47,252 nt of DNA, taken from the NCBI GenBank assembly GCA_036480195.1, contig JAZGGE010000302.1:1-47252 (forward strand). Direction: 5' to 3'. Source of the DNA: Methylococcales bacterium. Its GTDB lineage: Bacteria > Pseudomonadota > Gammaproteobacteria > Methylococcales > JAZGGE01. Shown here one piece after another: positions 32,984 through 41,871 of the stretch. Made by a program: the position numbers and the translations under genes. Within the stretch, counting starts at the first letter, position 1. The number at the start of each line of letters is the position of its first letter. A model generated the notes under the pieces. That model saw only the letters and a list, made by a program, of their open reading frames with translations, had not been told where the DNA came from and did not search any database.

Positions 32984-35329
32984 ATGGTTAAAGTATATAT
33001 TCGTTGGGTTATTCGGTGGCGCTGGTTCGTCGTGATCGCTTCAATTTTAGCGGTAGTGGGCGCAGGTAGCGGTGGCCAATTTTTGCTATTCAACAATGAC
33101 TACCGCATTTTCTTTAGCGAGGAAAATCCGCAACTGAAAGCTTTCGATGTACTACAAAAAACCTACACCAAAAGTGATAACGTTCTGTTCGTATTAGCAC
33201 CCGCGAACAAACAGGTTTTCTCACGAGAGATGCTAAGTACAGTAGAAAAACTAACCGATAAAGCCTGGAAGATACCCTATTCGACACGGGTTGATTCGAT
33301 TACAAATTTTCAACATAGTTATGCTGTGGAAGATAACTTAATCGTTGGCGACCTTGTCAAGAACTCCGATCAGTTATCAGCCAACGATCTGCAGCGTATC
33401 GAATCAATTGCATTACGGGAACCGTTACTCGTTAATCTGCTAGTTTCACCAAACGCTCAGGTTACCGGCGTTAACGTATCGATTCAGCTGCCAGAAAAGG
33501 GTGCAAATGACGCGGTAAGAGAGATTGCGGCTTACGTGAGACAACTGGCGGCAGAAATAACAGCCGAAAATCCGGGATTGGAAATTCATCTTACCGGAAT
33601 GTTGATGATGAACAATGCCTTTCCGGAATCATCGGAATACGATATCAAGCTTCTGGTTCCAATTATGTTCGGGACCATTATTATTCTCGCCGGCATCATG
33701 CTAAAGACAGTGAGCGGTGTTATTGCAACCTTGCTTGTTATAGTATTTTCCATATTTTCAGCGATGGGGCTTGCGGGTTGGTTGGGCATCGCACTGTCCT
33801 CTACCAGTCTCGCTGCACCCAATATCATTTTGACGCTGGCGGTGGCGGATTGTATTCATATTCTCTCCAATTTTCTTAAAGCTATGCGTGACGGTGAAGC
33901 AAAAGACGAAGCTCTTACCGAGAGTCTTAGAATAAATTTCCAGCCGGTATTTTTAGCCACACTAACGACTACCATTGGATTCTTGTCACTTAACTTCAGT
34001 GATGCGCCACCGTTTCATGATCTAGGGAACATTACTGCACTAGGTATCATCACCGCATTTTTACTTTCGATTACTTTTTTACCTGCAGTGGTTGCAATCC
34101 TTCCCATTCGTGTGCGTCAGGATCGAGATCTGACATCGCGGAGCATCGAACGATTAGGGCAGTTTGTCATTCGAAAAAAAAGGTCATTGTTGTTGGGGAT
34201 GTCCGCCTTAGTGGTCGCCTTAGTGGCGTGCATACCCGCTAACGAGCTTAATGACGAATACATTAAATATTTTGGCGAATCGCTGTCTTTCCGAAGAGAT
34301 ACGGACTTTGCGATGGAAAATCTAACAGGGATTTATTACATCGACTATTCACTTCGCTCAAAAGGCTCTGGAGCAGTGACGGAGCCAGCTTTTCTCGCTA
34401 ATGTTGATGCGTTTGCAAGTTGGTATCGGAAACAGCCGGAAGTACTTCATGTGAACAGTATAACCGACACATTCAAACGTCTAAATAGAAATATGAACGG
34501 CGATGATTCGAGTTGGTATCGTTTGCCCGAAGAGAGTGATCGCGCTGCCCAATACTTGTTGTTATATGAGCTTTCACTGCCCTATGGTTTGGATCTTAAC
34601 GATCGTATTAACATTGATAAGTCAGCCACTCGTTTAACGGCAACCCTTAAAAACCTTTCGAGCCGAGAAGTATTGGCCTTGGAAGAACGGGCTCAGGATT
34701 GGTTAAAAAACAATGCACCACTCTCCATGCACGTACCAGGGTCCGGTCCAACGATTATGTTTGCTCATATCGGGCAACGTAATATCGAAAGCATGTTAAT
34801 TGGGACGACAATAGCCTTAGTGTTGATTTCGTTCATTCTGATTTTCGCGTTTCGATCCTTCAAACTTGGATTGATCAGCTTGGTTCCAAATCTTGTACCG
34901 GTCGGCATGGCTTTTGGTTTATGGGGCCTTGTTGTCGGTCGTGTGGGCTTGGCTTTGAGTGTTGTTGCAGCGATGACGCTTGGGATTGTCGTTGACGATA
35001 CTGTCCATTTCTTGAGCAAGTACAGGAGAGCTCGAAACGAGAAGAATATGACTTCAGAACAGGCGATTCTGTACAGTTTCAATACCGTTGGTACAGCGCT
35101 TTGCGTCACTTCTGTTGTTCTTATCGCGGGATTCTCGGTGTTGGCATTTTCCAGTTTCGAGATCAATTCGGGCATGGGCATGTTAACCGCGATTGCGATC
35201 GGTTTTGCGCTGATTGCGGATTTACTACTGTTACCACCATTGTTAATGAAAATAGAGAGGAAAAATCATGAAACGGAAACTACTCGTCTTAATTCCACTA
35301 CTCTTAAGCTCTCACGGGACTCCAGCTGA
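32984..35329 (+). CDS. MMPL/RND-superfamily exporter (HpnN-like, 12-TM with two large periplasmic loops)
   Basis: The protein has two homologous halves. Each has a TM helix, a ~160-190 aa soluble loop and a 5-TM bundle carrying a charged motif (TLAVADCIHILSNF and LGIVVDDTVHFLSKY). This is typical of MMPL/SSD lipid exporters. Confidence 0.85.
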   Translation: MVKVYIRWVIRWRWFVVIASILAVVGAGSGGQFLLFNNDYRIFFSEENPQLKAFDVLQKTYTKSDNVLFVLAPANKQVFSREMLSTVEKLTDKAWKIPYSTRVDSITNFQHSYAVEDNLIVGDLVKNSDQLSANDLQRIESIALREPLLVNLLVSPNAQVTGVNVSIQLPEKGANDAVREIAAYVRQLAAEITAENPGLEIHLTGMLMMNNAFPESSEYDIKLLVPIMFGTIIILAGIMLKTVSGVIATLLVIVFSIFSAMGLAGWLGIALSSTSLAAPNIILTLAVADCIHILSNFLKAMRDGEAKDEALTESLRINFQPVFLATLTTTIGFLSLNFSDAPPFHDLGNITALGIITAFLLSITFLPAVVAILPIRVRQDRDLTSRSIERLGQFVIRKKRSLLLGMSALVVALVACIPANELNDEYIKYFGESLSFRRDTDFAMENLTGIYYIDYSLRSKGSGAVTEPAFLANVDAFASWYRKQPEVLHVNSITDTFKRLNRNMNGDDSSWYRLPEESDRAAQYLLLYELSLPYGLDLNDRINIDKSATRLTATLKNLSSREVLALEERAQDWLKNNAPLSMHVPGSGPTIMFAHIGQRNIESMLIGTTIALVLISFILIFAFRSFKLGLISLVPNLVPVGMAFGLWGLVVGRVGLALSVVAAMTLGIVVDDTVHFLSKYRRARNEKNMTSEQAILYSFNTVGTALCVTSVVLIAGFSVLAFSSFEINSGMGMLTAIAIGFALIADLLLLPPLLMKIERKNHETETTRLNSTTLKLSRDSS

Positions 35330-36053
35330 ACCGTCACCGGAGCAGCGAGGACTGGAAATCGCAACTGAAGCAGAAAATCGTGACAAGGGATTTCAAAATT
35401 TCGTTGCCGATCTTACCATGATCTTAAGAAATCGGCAGGGAGAAGAAAGTGTTCGCTTTATTCACCGAAAAACCCTTGAAGTAGAAGAGGACGGAGATAA
35501 AACATTGGATGTTTTTAGGCAGCCGAAGGATATTAAAGGAACCACAATACTGACCTATTCTCACGGATTGGAGCAGGACGATCAATGGATATTTATGCCG
35601 GCAATTAAACGCGTCAAGCGTATTTCATCGGTCAACAAATCGGGTCCCTTTATGGGGAGTGAATTTTCCTATGAGGATATTGCTGATCAGACATTGAAAA
35701 AATTTCATTACAAATTCTTGGGTAATGAGGTTGTTGATGGACATGAATGCTTTATGTTAGAGAGAATCCCTGCCTATGAGTATTCTGGATACACTCGACA
35801 GATCGAATCGATGGATACCGAAATTTATCAGCCGCGTAAGATTACCTACTACGATCGTAAAGGTGCTTTGTTAAAGACTCTAAAATTTTCCGGTTATGAA
35901 CAGTATTTGGGTAAACACTGGCGACCAAACCAGATGAATATGGAAAACCATCAATCCGGAAAGACAACCCAATTGATTTGGACGAATTATGAATTTCAAA
36001 TTGCTGTGACAGATCTTGATTTCACCCAAAATAGTATGAAGAGGATTCGTTAG
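35268..36053 (+). CDS. LolA-like 'outer membrane lipoprotein-sorting protein' family periplasmic protein
   Basis: Signal peptide MKRKLLVLIPLLLSS. The body matches my recollection of the LolA_like family (GLEIATEAENRDKGFQNF...DQWIFMPAIKRVKRISS..GPFMGSEFSYEDI). The start is 62 nt inside the end of the MMPL gene, with an AGAGAGG RBS. Confidence 0.75.
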   Translation: MKRKLLVLIPLLLSSHGTPAEPSPEQRGLEIATEAENRDKGFQNFVADLTMILRNRQGEESVRFIHRKTLEVEEDGDKTLDVFRQPKDIKGTTILTYSHGLEQDDQWIFMPAIKRVKRISSVNKSGPFMGSEFSYEDIADQTLKKFHYKFLGNEVVDGHECFMLERIPAYEYSGYTRQIESMDTEIYQPRKITYYDRKGALLKTLKFSGYEQYLGKHWRPNQMNMENHQSGKTTQLIWTNYEFQIAVTDLDFTQNSMKRIR

Positions 36054-36109
36054 CTGTAATGACTAAGGTGAGAAGAAAAAATACCAGGATTGCGTAGGAG
36101 TAGAAAAGA

Positions 36110-37348
36110 ATGGGATTGATACATCGAGGGTTAAATAGATCTGCCGTGTTTATATTATTGATATCGACAGCAATTTCAGTAAAGTCCGCCGATTTTTCCA
36201 ACTACGGCGAATTTACGGGCTTTACCGCTATCGATTTGCGGCTCTTTCCTGAATCCCCCCGGTTTAACGAACAGGATAAGGATATTTTGTTCCCTTCTCT
36301 TGTTATGCAACCCGAATATCGTTTTGAGTGGAATGGCGGTAATGATCGATTGACACTTATCCCGTTTTTCCGCTTAGATCCTATCGATGAAGAACGGCAA
36401 CATTTTGATTTGAGGGAGCTAAATTGGATACATCTTGAGCCTTCCTGGGATATTCGTATTGGCTTGGGCGTCGTGTTTTGGGGTGTAACAGAATCGCGAC
36501 ACCTTGTGAATATTATTAACCAGACGGATACTTTAGAGGATATAGATGAAGAAGATAAGCTAGGTCAACCCATGATCAATCTAAATCTTGTGCGTAACTG
36601 GGGTAACCTGGAGTTTTTTTTATTACCTAAATTTAGACAGCGAACCTTCCCAAATCGTTACGGACGGCTCCGTGCTCCGATTCCAATCGATACAGACAAC
36701 GCGATGTATGAATCGGCGGCTAAGTCAAATCATCTCGATTTCGCGGGCCGATGGAGCCATGTCATTGGCGACTGGGATATTGGGCTCGCTCATTTCGTCG
36801 GCACGAGTAGAGAACCTAGGCTTGTGCCGCATTCTAACGAAATAGGACAACGGATACACTTAGTCCCTCATTACGATATCATCAATCAAACGAGTATCGA
36901 TGTCCAAGCCACGAAAGGAAACTGGTTATGGAAACTAGAAGCGATTTCACGCGCCGGTCATGACCGACGGTTTCAAGCTGTTGTTACGGGTTTTGAATAT
37001 ACTTTTTATGGCACAGCTAATACCAGTATCGATGCTGGAATCGTTGCTGAATATTTGTGGGATGATCGTAGCGAAGAGGCGCCACTGACACCCTTCGACA
37101 ATGATATATTTATCGGCAGTCGGTTGGCGTTTAACGACGAACAGAGCACAGAACTCCTAATGGGCGCGTTTATTGACCTCAGCAGTGGAGCCAGCATCAT
37201 TACGGTTGAGGGCAGTCGGCGCATGGGTGATTCCTGGAAGTTGGATCTTGATGCACGAATTTTTGGTAATATTCCAGAAAGTGATTTGTCGTTGTCTAGC
37301 CTGCGCAATGATTCCTTCCTAAACATTCGGTTGTCCTATTTTTTCTAG
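36110..37348 (+). CDS. Putative outer-membrane beta-barrel protein (unknown family)
   Basis: Signal peptide ...LLISTAISVKSA/DF. Alternating hydrophobic and polar stretches run throughout. The C-terminus ...FLNIRLSYFF ends in an aromatic residue, as in OMP beta-signals. An AGGAG RBS is present. It is the last gene of the PKS operon. Confidence 0.55.
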   Translation: MGLIHRGLNRSAVFILLISTAISVKSADFSNYGEFTGFTAIDLRLFPESPRFNEQDKDILFPSLVMQPEYRFEWNGGNDRLTLIPFFRLDPIDEERQHFDLRELNWIHLEPSWDIRIGLGVVFWGVTESRHLVNIINQTDTLEDIDEEDKLGQPMINLNLVRNWGNLEFFLLPKFRQRTFPNRYGRLRAPIPIDTDNAMYESAAKSNHLDFAGRWSHVIGDWDIGLAHFVGTSREPRLVPHSNEIGQRIHLVPHYDIINQTSIDVQATKGNWLWKLEAISRAGHDRRFQAVVTGFEYTFYGTANTSIDAGIVAEYLWDDRSEEAPLTPFDNDIFIGSRLAFNDEQSTELLMGAFIDLSSGASIITVEGSRRMGDSWKLDLDARIFGNIPESDLSLSSLRNDSFLNIRLSYFF

Positions 37349-37422
37349 TCACTCCCTGCTATTTATCCAACCTTAGATACGGGTTTTAGTGCATTTCCCC
37401 CGCTTATGAGAAGAAATTTATG

Positions 37423-37584
37423 TATACCTCTCGCGTTCAAGAACACCCATTTTCAGAACGCATCTATTCGCGAAGTGTGTCGTTGTAGAATCTTGAAATA
37501 GATGGCTATTCCTGCGATTCTACGTCTAGCCCTTCGCGAAAATCTACCCGCTCAAAACGGGCATTCTTGAACGCGAAAGGTATA
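37423..37584. repeat. MITE-like palindromic element, family A (compact copy)
   Basis: TATACCTCTCGCGTTCAAGAAC... and ...CTTGAACGCGAAAGGTATA are terminal inverted repeats. The two arms are imperfect reverse complements over about 55 bp. It is related to 6657-6903 (opposite orientation) and 47042-47099. Confidence 0.8.
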
Positions 37585-37586
37585 TA

Positions 37587-37688
37587 AGACTTCACTGGGA
37601 AATCGGATCCCTGAATACCGTCAAGCAAATGACGACGAATAATGCTGACCTTTTCATCAGATCGATAGCTTTTTCGCTTCTTTCTCAT
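37587..37688 (-). pseudogene. Possible N-terminal remnant of an IS3/IS66-type transposase OrfA (HTH_Tnp_1-like), cut off at the MITE
   Basis: MRKKRKSYRSDEKVSIIRRHLLDG resembles the basic N-terminus plus 'xSxEEKxxIVxxxxxxG' helix of transposase OrfA proteins. The frame then runs into the family A repeat and loses similarity. The match is short, so the call is weak. Confidence 0.3.
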
Positions 37689-37851
37689 TTCTCACTCCTA
37701 TACTTGGTTTAAGATTATAACCACGTAGGGAAAAGTGCTGTTCCGTTTGAAGCATTACACCTCCTGATGGTTATAAAGTGAATAGATGATGCGAACGCTA
37801 ATTGTCTGGCATGATAATATCAGGTGAAAACACCTAATGGGAGAGTGAAAA

Positions 37852-39285
37852 ATGAATGCAAATATCGGACTGATTGGCTTGGGAGTAATGGGCCAAAACT
37901 TGGTGCTGAATATGGCGGATCAGGGTTTCAGTGTTGCTGTGCATAACCGTACTCTCAGTAAAATTGATGATTTTTTAAATGGTCCGGCAATAGATACGGA
38001 GATTATTGGAACTTATTCATTGGAAGAATTAGTTAGTCATTTGGAATCACCACGCATTGTCATGTTAATGGTTAAGGCAGGCGAGGTGGTCGATCAATAC
38101 ATTCAAAAGTTAGTGCCCTACTTACAGGCTGAGGACATTATTATTGATGGTGGCAATTCACTTTTTACTGATACGGACCGCCGTACGGCTACACTGGCTG
38201 ATAAAAATATACATTTTATTGGTGCTGGGGTTTCCGGAGGTGAACAAGGCGCACGTCGTGGTCCGTCAATCATGCCGGGAGGTAACAAAGCTGCTTGGCC
38301 CAGTGTTAAACCGATCTTTCAGAAGATTGCCGCTCAAGTGGACGGCAATCCTTGCTGCCAATGGGTGGGTGAAAATGGTGCTGGTCACTATGTGAAAATG
38401 GTGCACAATGGTATCGAGTATGGTGATATGCAAATTATCTGTGAAGCTTATCATCTGATGTCGAAAGGGCTGGGTCTTGCTGCGGAAGAGATACAGACCA
38501 TTTTTGCAGAGTGGAATCGCGGTGTGTTAAGCTCCTATTTGATTGAAATAACAGCGGATATTCTGGCTTATAGAGACGAAGACGGCGAGCCACTATTACA
38601 TAGTATTCTGGATGCAGCAGGACAAAAGGGTACCGGCAAATGGACTGGCATAAATGCCCTGGAGCTGGGTATTCCTCTAACCTTGATCGGTGAATCTGTT
38701 TTTGCGCGCTGTTTGTCAGCGCAAAAAGACCAGCGTCTTAGAGCAGAGCAGATTTTACCAAAGCCAACCGGTTTCTTTAGCGGCGACACGCAAGCGATGA
38801 TAACAGCAATCCGTGACGCATTGTATGCTTCTAAAATAATCTCCTATGCCCAAGGGTTTAGCTTGATGCGAGAAGCCGCAAAGGAATATGGCTGGACACT
38901 TCAGTATGGTGACATTGCTCTAGTGTGGCGCGGAGGTTGTATTATCCGTAGTCAATTCCTCGACGATATCAAAAAAGCCTACGATGATTCCGCTGATCTG
39001 GAAAATTTACTGCTGGCTGATTATTTTTTTACTGCGATCAGTGAAGCGGATGCTGGTTGGCGCAAAGTGGTTAAGTTGGGAGTCGAACTTGCTATCCCAA
39101 CTCCTGCTTTCTCGGCAGCATTAGCCTATTACGACGGCTATCGAACAGCCCGATTACCGGCTAATTTGCTTCAGGCTCAACGAGATTATTTCGGTGCGCA
39201 TACCTATGAGCGTACTGACCAACCCCGTGGGCAGTTTTTTCACACTGAATGGACTGTTCATGGTGATAAAACTAACACGGGTTAA
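37852..39285 (+). CDS. gnd: 6-phosphogluconate dehydrogenase, decarboxylating
   Basis: IGLIGLGVMGQNLVLNMADQGF, GAGVSGGEQGARRGPSIMPGG, HYVKMVHNGIEYGDMQ and DYFGAHTYER. Confidence 0.96.
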   Translation: MNANIGLIGLGVMGQNLVLNMADQGFSVAVHNRTLSKIDDFLNGPAIDTEIIGTYSLEELVSHLESPRIVMLMVKAGEVVDQYIQKLVPYLQAEDIIIDGGNSLFTDTDRRTATLADKNIHFIGAGVSGGEQGARRGPSIMPGGNKAAWPSVKPIFQKIAAQVDGNPCCQWVGENGAGHYVKMVHNGIEYGDMQIICEAYHLMSKGLGLAAEEIQTIFAEWNRGVLSSYLIEITADILAYRDEDGEPLLHSILDAAGQKGTGKWTGINALELGIPLTLIGESVFARCLSAQKDQRLRAEQILPKPTGFFSGDTQAMITAIRDALYASKIISYAQGFSLMREAAKEYGWTLQYGDIALVWRGGCIIRSQFLDDIKKAYDDSADLENLLLADYFFTAISEADAGWRKVVKLGVELAIPTPAFSAALAYYDGYRTARLPANLLQAQRDYFGAHTYERTDQPRGQFFHTEWTVHGDKTNTG

Positions 39286-39294
39286 ATTAGGAAA

Positions 39295-40782
39295 ATGAAT
39301 ACTGATCCCTGTACCTATGTGATTTTCGGCGCAACCGGCAATTTATCCCGAGTAAAGTTATTACCTGCGCTTTACCACCTTGAGGCGGCAAACCGATTAC
39401 CAAGAGGTACGAAAATTCTCGCAGTAGGTCGCCGAACCTGGGATAAAGAAAAGTGGATCGGAGAAGTGCGGAAAATGGTTAAGGTAAAAGCCAGAGGCGG
39501 CTTGGATGAAGCGGTATTTAGCCGGTTTTCCGAACGATTGGAATTTCATAAAGGCGATATCAACGACTCCGATGGCTATGTACGATTGGCTGAACGATTA
39601 AATCAAACCGGCCAATTTTCAGAAAATAGTATTTTTTATCTCGCTATCAGCCCCGCTGATTTTGGCAACGTGATTGAACGCCTCAGCGAGGCCGGTTTAT
39701 TGAGAGAGGAAAAGGGCTGGCGACGTGTTGTTATTGAAAAGCCTTTTGGTTTCGATCTTGACAGTGCTCAGTCGTTACAGAGACGCTTGGATCAACATTT
39801 AAGCGAGCGACAGATATTTCGGATTGACCATTATTTGGGAAAAGGCACCGTGCGGAATGTGTTGGTATTTCGATTTGCTAATGTCATGTTGGAACCATTA
39901 TGGAATCGTAACTATATCGACCATGTGCAAATTACTCATTCTGAGCAGTTGGGTATTAGTAGCCGTGCTCACTATTACGATACCGCCGGAGCAATGCGCG
40001 ATATGTTGCAAAGTCATTTGATGCAGCTGTTAACCCTGGTCGCCATGGAACCCCCTGCGACCATGGATGCGGAATCATTACGCGACGAAAAAGTTAAAGT
40101 ACTAAAATCTATCCGACCAATTTCCAAAGAAGCTGTTCCTGCCCACGCGTTTCGTGCCCAATACGCAGCCGGAACAGTAGCGGATAAAAAGGTCTTGAGT
40201 TATCTGCACGAAGACAATATACCGGAAAGCAGCACCACGGAAACCTACGCTGCATTGAAATTATATATTGATAACTGGCGTTGGCGGAATGTGCCGTTCT
40301 ATTTGCGTACCGGCAAGCGTATGGCTAAAGCCCAATCAATGATTTCCATTTGTTTTCGGCATCCACCACTACAGTTTTTTCGGGATACTCAGGTTCAATG
40401 TATGAATCCTAACTGGATAGTGATGGGCATACAGCCCGATGAGTGTTTGCGTATGGAAATGACCGTCAAAGAACCCGGATTGGAAATGCGTACCCGAACC
40501 AGCAGCCTCGATGCCAGTTTTCGCAAAGAAAATGAAAAATCCACGGATGCTTACGAAGATTTGTTGCTGGATGTTATTGAAGGCGACCATTCCCTGTTTT
40601 TGCGTTTTGATGAAGTGGAATATGCTTGGCGCATTGTTGACCCGGTTCTTCAAGCCTGGGCGGATGAGAACGACACGATTGCTACCTATCCAGCCGGTTC
40701 CTGGGGACCGGAAGGAAGTAAACGGCTGTTTGAAAAAGATGACCAGAATTGGCGTAGTTCATTAGATCCAGAGTGTTTTTGA
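39295..40782 (+). CDS. zwf: Glucose-6-phosphate 1-dehydrogenase
   Basis: [40 protein letters not shown] and EKPFG. It starts 9 nt after gnd. Confidence 0.96.
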   Translation: MNTDPCTYVIFGATGNLSRVKLLPALYHLEAANRLPRGTKILAVGRRTWDKEKWIGEVRKMVKVKARGGLDEAVFSRFSERLEFHKGDINDSDGYVRLAERLNQTGQFSENSIFYLAISPADFGNVIERLSEAGLLREEKGWRRVVIEKPFGFDLDSAQSLQRRLDQHLSERQIFRIDHYLGKGTVRNVLVFRFANVMLEPLWNRNYIDHVQITHSEQLGISSRAHYYDTAGAMRDMLQSHLMQLLTLVAMEPPATMDAESLRDEKVKVLKSIRPISKEAVPAHAFRAQYAAGTVADKKVLSYLHEDNIPESSTTETYAALKLYIDNWRWRNVPFYLRTGKRMAKAQSMISICFRHPPLQFFRDTQVQCMNPNWIVMGIQPDECLRMEMTVKEPGLEMRTRTSSLDASFRKENEKSTDAYEDLLLDVIEGDHSLFLRFDEVEYAWRIVDPVLQAWADENDTIATYPAGSWGPEGSKRLFEKDDQNWRSSLDPECF

Positions 40783-40936
40783 AATAATCCCGCATCAATC
40801 AGTACGGTAACAAGAGGCCTCTATGTGTGAGCTATTTAGGTTGAATGCCCGATTTCCCTGTCAGGTCATCACTGGGAAATTTTGAAAAACAGGCGGGACT
40901 GCATCTGCTGCCTAGATCAAGAAAAGTGACTCGTGC

Positions 40937-40983
40937 GATTGGGTTTACGAACGTTGGGCTTCCCTTCGTCAACCCAATCTTTT
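40937..40983 (+). terminator. Possible intrinsic terminator downstream of zwf
   Basis: GATTGGGTT (40937-40945) pairs with AACCCAATC (40971-40979) and is followed by TTTT. The loop is long (~25 nt). Confidence 0.35.
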
Positions 40984-41007
40984 AACAGCTGGGTTCTATG
41001 CTTATTT

Positions 41008-41481
41008 CTACCTTACCCGGTTATAAAGTTCTGCTGCTTTATTTTTTGTTGCTTTTGACAATCCTGATACTTTGGCTTTTGTTTTAAACCATAACAGTTT
41101 GGTTTTTCCTGTAAAGCCTAAAAGACGTCCACCTTCAGATACTGGTTCACCCATCTTGCCAACGGTATCTGACTTAAGATAGCCATCGGTTGCAACAAAA
41201 ACTGTATTGCTTTGAATCATTGGAGTATGTGCTTCTTCGATCGAGATTTTGACTAGCGTTAAATCAGAGCCATTTGGCGTTTCCTGCAAAATATCCCCAA
41301 TTATGATGTCAGATGAAGACCTTACTTGCTTATCAATGATCTTAGGGTCACCTTCAAAAATAACAGTGTAGATTTTGTCTTGGGGAATGGCAGTTTCTTT
41401 TATATCTTTACTGGCACAGCCAGCCAGGGTTAAAAAAACAACCATGCTCATCACTAAAACTTTTTTCATCTTCTTCCTCAT
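41008..41481 (-). CDS. Hypothetical lipoprotein
   Basis: Signal peptide with lipobox (VVFLTLAG/CASKD). I recognise no family. The alternative start is 41469. Confidence 0.6.
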   Translation of the reverse strand: MRKKMKKVLVMSMVVFLTLAGCASKDIKETAIPQDKIYTVIFEGDPKIIDKQVRSSSDIIIGDILQETPNGSDLTLVKISIEEAHTPMIQSNTVFVATDGYLKSDTVGKMGEPVSEGGRLLGFTGKTKLLWFKTKAKVSGLSKATKNKAAELYNRVR

Positions 41482-41871
41482 TAGTGTTTGTTATGAACGG
41501 TAAACCTTACACTCTATCGGGGTTAGTTGTATAGGTGAATCTTAGAAACCAGACAAGCAGCCGAAAAGTATATGACTGCGACGTAGCATCCCGAATTCTT
41601 TCGCCTTGACATCTATCACAAATTGATTTGTGGCTCAGCACGCTCACGCAAGGATTCTCTGCCGCGCTGAAGACTGATGATGTACCTTCGCCGCGAAGAT
41701 CTTTAAACAAACAGTGCGAATTTTGTGTATTAAGCTTTCCGTCTTGTCACCACCGATAAAGGGATAATAAATTTAAGTATTAGAATATTATAATAAACTA
41801 AGTTATAGTATATCTAGCCGACTTCTTAATCGATTCGGTCAATCAGGTATAGACAGACGAGGGCTAAATAG

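Noticed and set aside
25832-35181. Several 80-140-aa minus-strand ORFs inside the PKS, NRPS and MMPL genes (e.g. 25832-26179, 31958-32344, 34765-35181)
   Set aside because: All lie antisense within long, domain-complete genes. None has an RBS or recognisable motifs.
41507-41710. 67-aa minus-strand ORF between the lipoprotein gene and feoAB
   Set aside because: It has a non-ATG start, no RBS and no recognisable similarity. It sits in a region more likely to hold the promoters and leaders of the flanking divergent genes.
41763-41781. Fur box upstream of feoAB (GATAATAAATTTAAGTATT) and a TTGTCA -35-like hexamer at 41744-41749
   Set aside because: Only about 12 of 19 positions match the GATAATGATAATCATTATC consensus by my alignment, and the region is generally AT-rich. 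The spacing to plausible -10 hexamers is ambiguous. This is too weak to annotate.
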